IMG/VR virus record: IMGVR_UViG_3300036784_000146
Location: 1-64,000 of that record
DNA length: 64,000 bases
DNA from: a virus
Lineage: Duplodnaviria > Caudoviricetes
Strand: one strand, 5' to 3'
Under the pieces are notes generated by a model that worked only from the letters and a program-made list of their open reading frames with translations, made no database searches and was not told the DNA's origin. This document shows positions 48,848 through 57,999 of the stretch, in pieces. Numbering within the stretch: the stretch's first letter is position 1; every line of letters starts with the position of its first letter. Made by a program: the position numbers and the translations under genes.

Positions 48848-51800
48848 ATGACAATGATCCACACGGCGCACGGCGTCGGTGAGGTAGTCGAGACCGTCAC
48901 CGAGCGCGGCGGGCGCGTCAGCTACAAGGTCAAGGTTGGCCTCAACGAGGTCTGGGTGAAGGCCGCCGACGCGCGCTTCGCCGAGGGTGGCCCAGAGAAC
49001 CTGTTCAGCTACCAGTTCACTCCGGATCGCCACATCGATCCCACCGCCGAGATGTACGGAGCCTCGACTCCGGAAAAGGACTTCGTCGTGGGCAACGTCT
49101 TCGCCATGGGATCCAAGGGCTTCTCTCCGATGGCTCCGGCCAAGAGCGTGCGCGACATCAAGCGTCCCTACCCGTACGACCCCACCCCGCAGTACCCGGT
49201 CGACATGTTCACAGACTCGACCATTCAGCCCGGCGAGTACGAGATCGATCCCGACAAGCGGCTCAAGCCCTCGCAGCCGAGCACGCAGCCCCCGTCGCCG
49301 GGGCCGAGCCCCAGCCTGTTCGCCACCGGTGCTTACAGCGCGATCCAAGACCGCCCCGAGATCGTCCTGGGCAGTCGTCCCGGCAGCGACGAGGACTACC
49401 TCATCCACGAGGGCTTCTTCGCCGAGGCCGAAGAGCTGACCGACGAGCAGCGCGGCAAGCGCCGCGAGGACTATCCACGTCAGAGTCGCGACCCGGCGGC
49501 CGACCGTCCCCGCTTGCGCGAGCACGACGAGCCGGTCCTCCCCTTCGACAAGGTCTCTCCGTCCGGCCACACCACCCACGAGATGGGCAAGAAGAGCGAG
49601 CCCGACTGGTACAGCTGCCCGGACTGCGGGGCCTGGCACAACCCGTTCCGGCACATGAAGAACCGCCGGGGTCCCAAGCCGCCGCGCTCCGACGACGCTT
49701 TCCAGCCCGCCTACAAGGGCGCTTCGATGCGCTGTGCGGCCTGCGAGCATGACCACCAAGAGCACGGCATGGGCTATCACGAGGGCGAGGGCGAGTTCGA
49801 GAACTATCAGCCGCCTTGGGAGCGCTCGGCTGAAGGGCGCCACCGCGCGCCGCCCAACGAGGTGGACCCCTTCATCGACACTCTCGACCGTGGTGCGTTG
49901 CCCGAACTGGTCAGAGATCCCGGCAACGACCAGCAGGTCTTCATGAAGCGCACTCCGACACCGAAGCCACGTGGGGAGCACTTCGCCCCGGGCATCATGG
50001 ACCGTCTGCGCGGCCGGGCGGCCGGTGTCTTCGACGGCATCGAGTTCCCCACCGACATGCCCGAGAAGTTCGCCTACATCCCCGGGCCCGAAGACTTCAC
50101 CGACTCGGCGCAGACCGCGCTGGCCGCGATCACTCGCCAGGCCGCGATCCTGGAAGGCGAGTATGGACTGAGCCCGCGCGTGGCCGTCGAGATGGACTTG
50201 GTCGAACACGACGCGCACGTGCGCGAGGCAGCATGGCGTGACGTCCAGCGCAAAGCCAAGCGCCTGCGCGCCGAGGGCCGGGTGCACATCAAGGACAGCA
50301 GTCCCGAGCACATCGTGGCCACCGTCGACGGCGACACCGGCACCTACGACACGATCATCGTGCGCGGCAACGTCTTCGACCTGGGTGGCCAGTCGGTCAC
50401 CAGCTGGCACTGCGGCTGCGACTGGGGTCGATGGGCGTTCAAACGCCGCCTGACCTACGTCGGGCGCTTCTGCTCTCACGCGTACGCCACCTACCAGGAA
50501 ATGCGTTCAGCGCACGATCTACCCGGCGGGACACGCAGCCGTACGCGCAGCGCCGGAAGCCATGAATTTGCGGACCCCACCGACGAAGCGGATGCCCGTT
50601 TGCAGTACGAGCAGTCCGGTGCAAGGCCGGTAGCTCCTGGTAGCGATGCGTACCTTCACGCCCCCAGACCCGCCGGTCCTCCCATTCCTGGCTGGGTGGG
50701 TCAGTCTGTCGAGGGCGGCGAGCCCGGCCGACACCGTGCGGCCGGAGTGGTCGAGGACTACAAGAAGTGGCTCAAGGAGAACGACCAGGTTCCCGGCGTG
50801 GACTCGGTGGCTGATTTCGTCACGCTGCCCCAAGACGACGATGAAGAGGCACCGCTGACCGAGGACGAGGTGGCCAAGCTCTACGACTACGCCGAGGGCA
50901 ACCTGCCGGAGTCTCGGGAGCGCAACTACGATGTGGGGTACACCTTCGACCCTGATGAGGTGTACAAGACCAGCCGCGAGATGCTGCGCACCAAGCCGCA
51001 GAGCCTCACCCCGGACCTGCAGTTCGTGCCCGAGGGCGAAGACGAGCATCTGGTCGACGTCACCAAGGACGACCGCAAGACCACCGGCCCGGGCCAGATC
51101 ATGCACGGCAACACCGATGACGAGGGTGGCCAAGAGCCCGGCGACGGCGAGATTGTGCACTTCGCCAGCCTGCAGCGGCTCTGCGACACCGAGGGCTTGC
51201 CCTACCCGGTCGAGCTGACTGCGTTCCTACAGCACTACGCCGAAGAGCAGAAGGTCAACAACCCGACCCCAGGCTCTCCGGCCAACCCCCGGCCGGACGC
51301 CGGTGAGGCCACTCGCGACCTCAACAAGCTGCGCAACCTGATCCAGGACCCGCTCTCCGACAGCTTCGGTCACATGGACGAGCGCAACGACAAGGTCCGC
51401 GATCTGGTGGAAGAGCTGCACGACGCCGGAACGGCCGCCGAGAACCTGGTGGCCAGCCGCCAGTTCGAGGCCGAGGGCGACTTTGCCTCTCCGGGTGGTG
51501 GCACCTGGGCCGATCTTCCCTTCGCGGGATCCGGCCCTGACCCCAAGGACTGGTACAGCAGCTCGGCCGACTACGTCGACGAGCACGAGCGGCCCAACTT
51601 CACCGACGTCACCGACCTGCCCGACGGCGACATCCTGAAGTACAACGACTCCGACTCGCCGGTGAGCAAGCCCAAAGAAGCCCGGTACGAGCACGAGGGT
51701 GAAGAAGAGGATTACGGCGACGAGGGTCCCCTGGAAGCTCCTTCCGATGCGCCTTGGGGCGAAAAGAACCCGCGTTGGAGCCCGCGCCACGCCGACTTGT

Positions 51801-52924
51801 TCTCCAACGAGACCAGCTCGATGCAGCCGATGGAGCCCAACGTTGGTGGCGGGGGGCCGGGCGACGTCAACAACGCGCCTCCCATCATGAACGCTGGGGA
51901 CAACGTCTCGGGCGCTGAAGAGGACCCCACCGGCACGCTGGCCAGTCTGCTGCACTTCGCCGACGACGATGACCTCACTAGCGGTGACACCATGGGCGAT
52001 CCCGGCGGCGGCATGACCGATGGTGGCGGCAACTCGATGGGGATGGGTGGCGGCGACTCGATGGGTGGTGGTGGCGACTGGATGGGCACCCCTAGCGGTG
52101 GCCTCCACTATCCGGGTCTCGACACCGACTCGGGCGGCGTCAGGTTTGGACCTATGTCCCCGGATTCTTCTACCCCTTCGGCCACTCCGGGCCTTCCCGG
52201 TGGAGCCGGTGCCAGTGACTTCGTGCATCCGTCCGGTCCGGTCGGTGCCCCGGGCGACATGATCCATCCGGATAAGAGCGTGACTTACGCCAATCAGCAG
52301 CGTCCTTCGATCCGAGACAGCATCGCGAAGCGCAACCAGCACTGGCGGCACGGCTACGACTGGTCGAACGTGCCTCCCGGCTGGGGTGACGTCCCCAGCA
52401 ACCCCGACGACGACAGCGATCCGCTGCCCCCGTTGCCGGGCCAGAAAGAAGTCGAGAACCTGCTGCCCAACCAGATGCCCAAGATCCCCGGCATGGGTAA
52501 GGGCGGCCCCGGCGGTGCCGGTGGTGCAGCTGGCGAGGCCGGGATGGCCGAGGAGTTGCCGTTGGTGGCGGCCTCCATCGACCCGCGTTGGGACCAGTCC
52601 GACGTGGTGGCCCAATTCCAGCGGTCAGCCGGGGCGGCAGCCCTGCGTGGACGCGGCCAAGGTGGCCCGCCTCAATCCGACCCGCGCGCGCAGGCGATGT
52701 CCCAGTGGGGCGGGGCGCCGGGCGGCGTCACCCGCGCCGGTAGCCGTGGCAACTTCTCCGAGGGCGACATCGCCGGGGCGGCAGCTAGCTTCCTACACCG
52801 CACCGCCGGACGCACCTATTCACCGGCCGAGCAGGCCAGTCTGATGAACGAGGAGCCGGTCAACGGCCGGGGTGCGCGCAACCTCGGTGGTCTCGATCTC
52901 CAAGGGACCCACTACGTCCAATGA
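48848..52924 (+). CDS. Large acidic head-associated protein with SWIM-type Zn finger
   Basis: WHCGCDW...FCSH; many (R/K/H)xA-delimited segments; between portal and protease. Confidence 0.75.
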   Translation: MTMIHTAHGVGEVVETVTERGGRVSYKVKVGLNEVWVKAADARFAEGGPENLFSYQFTPDRHIDPTAEMYGASTPEKDFVVGNVFAMGSKGFSPMAPAKSVRDIKRPYPYDPTPQYPVDMFTDSTIQPGEYEIDPDKRLKPSQPSTQPPSPGPSPSLFATGAYSAIQDRPEIVLGSRPGSDEDYLIHEGFFAEAEELTDEQRGKRREDYPRQSRDPAADRPRLREHDEPVLPFDKVSPSGHTTHEMGKKSEPDWYSCPDCGAWHNPFRHMKNRRGPKPPRSDDAFQPAYKGASMRCAACEHDHQEHGMGYHEGEGEFENYQPPWERSAEGRHRAPPNEVDPFIDTLDRGALPELVRDPGNDQQVFMKRTPTPKPRGEHFAPGIMDRLRGRAAGVFDGIEFPTDMPEKFAYIPGPEDFTDSAQTALAAITRQAAILEGEYGLSPRVAVEMDLVEHDAHVREAAWRDVQRKAKRLRAEGRVHIKDSSPEHIVATVDGDTGTYDTIIVRGNVFDLGGQSVTSWHCGCDWGRWAFKRRLTYVGRFCSHAYATYQEMRSAHDLPGGTRSRTRSAGSHEFADPTDEADARLQYEQSGARPVAPGSDAYLHAPRPAGPPIPGWVGQSVEGGEPGRHRAAGVVEDYKKWLKENDQVPGVDSVADFVTLPQDDDEEAPLTEDEVAKLYDYAEGNLPESRERNYDVGYTFDPDEVYKTSREMLRTKPQSLTPDLQFVPEGEDEHLVDVTKDDRKTTGPGQIMHGNTDDEGGQEPGDGEIVHFASLQRLCDTEGLPYPVELTAFLQHYAEEQKVNNPTPGSPANPRPDAGEATRDLNKLRNLIQDPLSDSFGHMDERNDKVRDLVEELHDAGTAAENLVASRQFEAEGDFASPGGGTWADLPFAGSGPDPKDWYSSSADYVDEHERPNFTDVTDLPDGDILKYNDSDSPVSKPKEARYEHEGEEEDYGDEGPLEAPSDAPWGEKNPRWSPRHADLFSNETSSMQPMEPNVGGGGPGDVNNAPPIMNAGDNVSGAEEDPTGTLASLLHFADDDDLTSGDTMGDPGGGMTDGGGNSMGMGGGDSMGGGGDWMGTPSGGLHYPGLDTDSGGVRFGPMSPDSSTPSATPGLPGGAGASDFVHPSGPVGAPGDMIHPDKSVTYANQQRPSIRDSIAKRNQHWRHGYDWSNVPPGWGDVPSNPDDDSDPLPPLPGQKEVENLLPNQMPKIPGMGKGGPGGAGGAAGEAGMAEELPLVAASIDPRWDQSDVVAQFQRSAGAAALRGRGQGGPPQSDPRAQAMSQWGGAPGGVTRAGSRGNFSEGDIAGAAASFLHRTAGRTYSPAEQASLMNEEPVNGRGARNLGGLDLQGTHYVQ

Positions 52925-55900
52925 CTGTCGACCTGCGTGACCACGACGTAGAGCGCCGCTTCGTGCAAGCGCTCAAGCACAGCGGTGTTCCCGTCTCCAA
53001 CAAGGCCATGCCGTCGACCCGGCAGCTGCGCGCAACGTCGATTTTGGCCAACAGGCAGCACAAGGTTGTCGGGAAGATTGCGGCCGTCAAGACCAGCCGC
53101 AAGGCGGTCTACTCGATGGTGGAGCCCTTCGCCAAACACGGCACCGTCGTCAAGGACTTCGAGTTCGTTCCCGGGATGCTCTACACCAAGGTGCGGGCGA
53201 TCTCGGCGCGCATCAACCAGAACTACGACGCGTGGCCGTCTGGTCAGCTCAAGACCAGCTACCTCACCTTCTTGGGCAAGCCGATCTTCGTCAATCACGC
53301 CAACTTCGACCCCGATCGGGCACGGGGTCGGGTGGTGGCCGCGCGCTACATCGAGAACGGCCGGGACAAGTACGTCGAGACCGTGATGGAGGTCGACGCA
53401 CTCAACTTCCCCCGGCTGGCGGCCGAGATCCACAACGGCGGCCTGGACAGCGTGTCCATGGGCGTCGAGGCGGGCTTCACGATCTGCAGCTTCTGCGGCA
53501 ACAAGGCTACCGACGTGTTCGACATGTGCGACCACGTTAAGTTCCACAAGGGTAGTCACCTACCAGACCCACGCACCGGACAACCCAAGCTGGTGTACGA
53601 AGACTGTCACAAGCTAGGTTTCTTCGAGCTGAGCTACGTGTTCGACCCGGCCGACGAGACGGCGGTGGTCTCACAGGTAATCGTGGCCGACAAGCGTGTC
53701 GCCGACAACCAGTTCATCAAGCGCGAAGGTGCCCGGCCGATCGACCCCAGCCAGGAGGTCTTCGTCCACTACAACCGGCACGCCTTCAATCGGCAGAAGC
53801 GCACCGGCCAGCCTCAGGCCGACCTGTGGTCGATCCGCCAGGACGATCCGGAGACCAGAAAGCACGTGCGCGGTTACATCAACGACCTGCACTTGCGTGA
53901 TGCCCGCCTGCACGTCCAGCCCGGTGGCAGCCAGCTTTACAAGGACACCTACACCGATGATCGCGGCGAGGGTGATCGCACCGTGCACGCGGGCATCTAC
54001 GGGACGCTGGACAGCGGGCCTCCCCCGGAGGGCATGTCGATGTCGGTTCTGGGTTACAACCCCAAGACCGACTCCACCTTCGTCCACAAGGACACAGGAG
54101 AGCCCGTGCACGAGGCCGACCACATCCACGTCGACCCCGCTGGCAAGGTCTACGGCTACAAGGCCGACGGCTGGGGACGCACTGCACGCCGCAAGAAGGC
54201 CTGGGGTGAAACCGAAGCCCCCGAGGACATCGACACGCTGCGCGAGGACGACGACGACAGCGATGACGACTACGAGTTCGTCACCCCCTATCGACCCGAC
54301 GGTGCTGATGACATGCCGTTCGCGAACGAGATCGGCTCACCGCAGGAATTGCAAACCCCAGACTTCGACCAGACCAAGCGCCTCGACCGCGACCAAGAGG
54401 AAGAGGGCCTGGACTCCGACCGAAGGGTCGAGGACGTCGGAGAGGTCGGAGCCCCGTCCAACGGGACTCAAGCTCAGCCGAAAGCGGCAAGGAAACAAAG
54501 GAGGAAGGCGATGGCTCGCACCAAATACGCCGCTGAGGAGGACCGGGACGACGACCGTCTCCCCCCGTGGCTTCAGGATGACGACCAGGGTGGCGGCGAC
54601 GAAGGTGGCTTCCCCGACGATGGCGGCGATGGCGGTCCCCCGCCTCAGGGTCCGCCCGACGACGGCGGTGACTTCGGCGACGACGGCGGTGATGACCTCG
54701 AATCCCGCGTCGACCAGCTTGAGCAGGCTGTCGGCGAGCTGCAGGACGAGGTGGGCCCCGACGAAGACGACAGCATGGACGGGCCGCCTGCGCCCCCGCC
54801 GCCAGGTCCCCTTGGTCCTCCGCAGTTCGCCGCCCGTAACCGGCGTCAACAGCCTCGTCAGGCCACTCGGCGCACCGCCAAGGATGACGACGATTCGGAC
54901 GATGACGATGACGACGATTCGGACAAGGACGACAACAAGCCGCCGTGGCTCAAGGAGAAAGAATCTCGGCGTCGTACGCCCCAACGCCCTGTGAACGGGC
55001 GCTCCCCGCAAAAGAAGGGGAGAAAGGGCTCGCAGAAAGGAGCGCCGACCGTGGGAGCACCTCGTCTCTCTGAGCGCAGCAAGGTGGCCGCCTCTTCGCG
55101 TGCGCGCAACCGTCGCACCGCCGACGACAGCGGACACACCGACGGCGGCCCGTACGGCGAGAACACCCTCGGCGAGCAGGCCGAGACTTACATCCCGTCG
55201 GTGTACGGCGAGGGTGACGGCGTTCCGCCCGAAGAGCCCGTGGCCGCTCCGGCTGGCGACGAGTCCAAGGCGCCCAATAGCGAGAGCAACCTGGTGGCCA
55301 GGATCCACAAGCAGAAGGTGGCCTTGGAGCGTGACATCCAGACCTACATGCGGATGCAGGCCGGGCGTCGGACCGCTGAGGACTCCGGCGTGGTGCAGCC
55401 CACTACGGTCAACCCAGAGTTGAGCGGCACCGAGGACCAGTCCGTGCGCGGCGACGACTTCCAGGACGTCGGTCTGGATTACGGCAGCTCGGCCGAGACT
55501 CAGCCCAAGGACGCCAGTCGCCACTGGTTCGCTCAGTTCAACAACTGGTTGCGCCAGGTCACCGGCAAGAACTGGAACCAGCACACCTCCGGGCACCTGA
55601 CCCGGTATGCCGCCCATTGGGCGAAGGGGACCGGCGTTCCGCTGGATGCCATGTTCCCGACCCTGCAAACTGCGCTTCGCCAGGCGAAGAAGGGTGAGGC
55701 AAGGAGTAGTTCCATGAGACGTCGCGCCGAGGACGAGAAGCTGGAAGTAGCAGCTCCGGACGAGCGTGTCGACGTGGAGCGGCCGGTTTCCAACGAGACC
55801 GACGCGGACGCGCAAGCGTCACAGTTCGATCTGCACGATTTCGGCGACAATGCGGGGGATAACCTCGCCGATCCAGATATGGACGTCGACTCGCAGATCT

Positions 55901-56283
55901 GGGCTCCGGGCGAGGGAGAGGCAGCCGCCGGTAGCGGCGATCGCTCTGCCTCCCGGGTCAAGATGGCCGACGGTATGCAGGCGCTGCGGTGCGCCGAGGC
56001 ATACATCAGGTGCGGCCTGGTCCATCCCAGCCAGAAGTGGAAGGTCGGCAGCTGGCTGCAGACCATCCGGATGGCCACGGTGGTGGATCGTACGAAGCTC
56101 CTGGAAGCTGTCTACGCGGCTAACCAGCGGGCTTTCACCGCAGCGAGGCAACCCGCAGGAAACATGCGCGGGGCCACGACAGGCACTGTTCCTCCGGGCT
56201 TCGGCTCGGGACGGCGAGTTGCGTCAACCGCCCGAGAGAGTGCCTTGGACCCCAAGTTCGACGCGATGATGTGGCTCAGCTAA
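52921..56283 (+). CDS. Capsid maturation protease fused to inserted domain and scaffold
   Basis: NQNYDAW, FVNH, SVSMG, CSFC, FFELSYVFDPADETA; acidic low-complexity C-terminal half. Confidence 0.88.
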   Translation: MTVDLRDHDVERRFVQALKHSGVPVSNKAMPSTRQLRATSILANRQHKVVGKIAAVKTSRKAVYSMVEPFAKHGTVVKDFEFVPGMLYTKVRAISARINQNYDAWPSGQLKTSYLTFLGKPIFVNHANFDPDRARGRVVAARYIENGRDKYVETVMEVDALNFPRLAAEIHNGGLDSVSMGVEAGFTICSFCGNKATDVFDMCDHVKFHKGSHLPDPRTGQPKLVYEDCHKLGFFELSYVFDPADETAVVSQVIVADKRVADNQFIKREGARPIDPSQEVFVHYNRHAFNRQKRTGQPQADLWSIRQDDPETRKHVRGYINDLHLRDARLHVQPGGSQLYKDTYTDDRGEGDRTVHAGIYGTLDSGPPPEGMSMSVLGYNPKTDSTFVHKDTGEPVHEADHIHVDPAGKVYGYKADGWGRTARRKKAWGETEAPEDIDTLREDDDDSDDDYEFVTPYRPDGADDMPFANEIGSPQELQTPDFDQTKRLDRDQEEEGLDSDRRVEDVGEVGAPSNGTQAQPKAARKQRRKAMARTKYAAEEDRDDDRLPPWLQDDDQGGGDEGGFPDDGGDGGPPPQGPPDDGGDFGDDGGDDLESRVDQLEQAVGELQDEVGPDEDDSMDGPPAPPPPGPLGPPQFAARNRRQQPRQATRRTAKDDDDSDDDDDDDSDKDDNKPPWLKEKESRRRTPQRPVNGRSPQKKGRKGSQKGAPTVGAPRLSERSKVAASSRARNRRTADDSGHTDGGPYGENTLGEQAETYIPSVYGEGDGVPPEEPVAAPAGDESKAPNSESNLVARIHKQKVALERDIQTYMRMQAGRRTAEDSGVVQPTTVNPELSGTEDQSVRGDDFQDVGLDYGSSAETQPKDASRHWFAQFNNWLRQVTGKNWNQHTSGHLTRYAAHWAKGTGVPLDAMFPTLQTALRQAKKGEARSSSMRRRAEDEKLEVAAPDERVDVERPVSNETDADAQASQFDLHDFGDNAGDNLADPDMDVDSQIWAPGEGEAAAGSGDRSASRVKMADGMQALRCAEAYIRCGLVHPSQKWKVGSWLQTIRMATVVDRTKLLEAVYAANQRAFTAARQPAGNMRGATTGTVPPGFGSGRRVASTARESALDPKFDAMMWLS

Positions 56284-56322
56284 CCCCCGAGCCCCGAGTT
56301 TCCTGAGAGGAGGCGAACCCTT

Positions 56323-56883
56323 ATGTTGCGGGTAACACTGAACAACCCGGCGCAACAGCGGACCTTGCTGCCCAAGTACGCGCAGACCCAAGCGACTGCC
56401 TACTCCGGCTTCTGGGTCCCCACCTGGACGCGCCAGTACGACGTCTACCCCGGCAGCGTGGTCAAGCTCTTGCATGACGAGGTCTTCACGCTCTGGGACG
56501 GCTTCGGCGAGCCCTTCGGCTTGTCGTCGCTGTTTATCGCCCCGGCCCTGGGGATCGACGAGATCCTCAACACCGGAGGCAACGAGTTCACCGCATGGCA
56601 GATCGAGCCGCAGGGCCTGTTCGAGGTCCTGGCACCGGCGTTCGACCAGACGGCCACGTGGGCGTCTGAGCAGCACGGCGGTCAAGTGCTGCTGACGGGC
56701 ACCACAGCGCCGGTCACGCTGCCGAGTGGGGTTGTGCAACCCCCGGGTGTGCTCACTCCGGTGGGCGCCAACAACGCCAATTCGGTCGCGACCCTGGTCT
56801 CGGTCGAATCCACGTCCAAGATCCTGATCAGCGGCCGCCGGTACAGCTTCGGCACGGGCGTTGCTCTGGGCACCGGAAGCTAA
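56323..56883 (+). CDS. Capsid decoration / minor capsid protein
   Basis: Between scaffold and MCP; AGGAGG RBS; FEVLAPAFD. Confidence 0.7.
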   Translation: MLRVTLNNPAQQRTLLPKYAQTQATAYSGFWVPTWTRQYDVYPGSVVKLLHDEVFTLWDGFGEPFGLSSLFIAPALGIDEILNTGGNEFTAWQIEPQGLFEVLAPAFDQTATWASEQHGGQVLLTGTTAPVTLPSGVVQPPGVLTPVGANNANSVATLVSVESTSKILISGRRYSFGTGVALGTGS

Positions 56884-56895
56884 GGGGAGGAAACC

Positions 56896-57909
56896 ATGGG
56901 ACTTCCAGCTCTAGTGGCAAACGCCCCCGGCCTCGAAAGGTTCGGCGCAGCAACATCGAGCGACGAGATTGTCGTGAAGATGGGTCAGCTGCAGCAACGT
57001 CTGGGCGGCCGTAAACTGTCCATGCGGGAGAAGCAGATCCGGATGGCGCACATGCTGCGGGATGCCAACAGCGGCATGTTGCGGCTCGGCCAGTCGATGA
57101 TCGGCCCGATCCAGCTGCAGTTGCGCTATCAAGGGATCCTGCGAAATGTGTTGTTAGAGGACACATTAACGCCCGGAGTACCAATTCAGTACGACATCCT
57201 CGACCAGCTCGGTCAGGCCTATGTGCTGCACGGTGCCGAGGGTGAAATCCGCATCACGCCCTTCGAGGGCAAGCGTGTGGAGGTGCAGCTGTTCCGCATA
57301 GCTACCTTCCCGATCATCCGCAAGGAGGACCTGTACTTCCTCAGGGCTAACCTGGTCGAGTATCAACAGGACTTCTCCAAGCAGGCGATCATGCGCCAAG
57401 AGGACGGCCGTCTGGTCAGCCTCATCGAGACCGCCGTCGCGCAGTACCGGCTGGTGGACACCTCGTCGGTGCCGGTTACCGGGTCGCTGCCCAACGAGAT
57501 CTCGGTGGCCGGAGACATCCTGGCTCCCGACGACCTCTACAACGCGGTCACCTACACCGACCAGCGCATGCTCGACAGCACGCGTTTGCTGGTGAATCCC
57601 AAAGAATATCGGGATTTCTACAGGTGGGACATCAACACAACCGGCTGGGCCTTCAAGGACAGCGTGGTTGCTGGCGAGCGCATCGTACAATTCGGTGAGT
57701 TCCAGATCGGGAAGAGCATCATCATCCCGATCGGCACGACTTACCTCACGCCGGACCCCGAGTTCCTCGGCGTCTTCCCCGTGATGTACAGCCTCGATGT
57801 CGAAGAGAACAACCTCGTCCAGCAGTTCCATAAGGGCTGGGTGATGGACGAACTGGTCGGCATGGCGATCCTTAACCCTCGTGGTTTGATCATTCTGCGC
57901 AAGCAGTAA
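56896..57909 (+). CDS. Major capsid protein
   Basis: PIQLQLRYQGI.RNVLLED, FEGKRV, FRIA.FP, QED, GWVMDE.VG..ILNPRG; followed by a terminator. Confidence 0.9.
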   Translation: MGLPALVANAPGLERFGAATSSDEIVVKMGQLQQRLGGRKLSMREKQIRMAHMLRDANSGMLRLGQSMIGPIQLQLRYQGILRNVLLEDTLTPGVPIQYDILDQLGQAYVLHGAEGEIRITPFEGKRVEVQLFRIATFPIIRKEDLYFLRANLVEYQQDFSKQAIMRQEDGRLVSLIETAVAQYRLVDTSSVPVTGSLPNEISVAGDILAPDDLYNAVTYTDQRMLDSTRLLVNPKEYRDFYRWDINTTGWAFKDSVVAGERIVQFGEFQIGKSIIIPIGTTYLTPDPEFLGVFPVMYSLDVEENNLVQQFHKGWVMDELVGMAILNPRGLIILRKQ

Positions 57910-57943
57910 GCCATTTGCTGAACATTCGTTCCAGGTGGACGAC

Positions 57944-57980
57944 AAAGGAATCCCCCGGGCGATCCCCGGGGGTTTTCTTT
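57944..57980 (+). terminator. Intrinsic terminator after the MCP gene
   Basis: CCCCCGGG-N5-CCCGGGGG then TTTTCTTT. Confidence 0.85.
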
Positions 57981-57999
57981 CTGGGCTAAGGAGTTAGCT

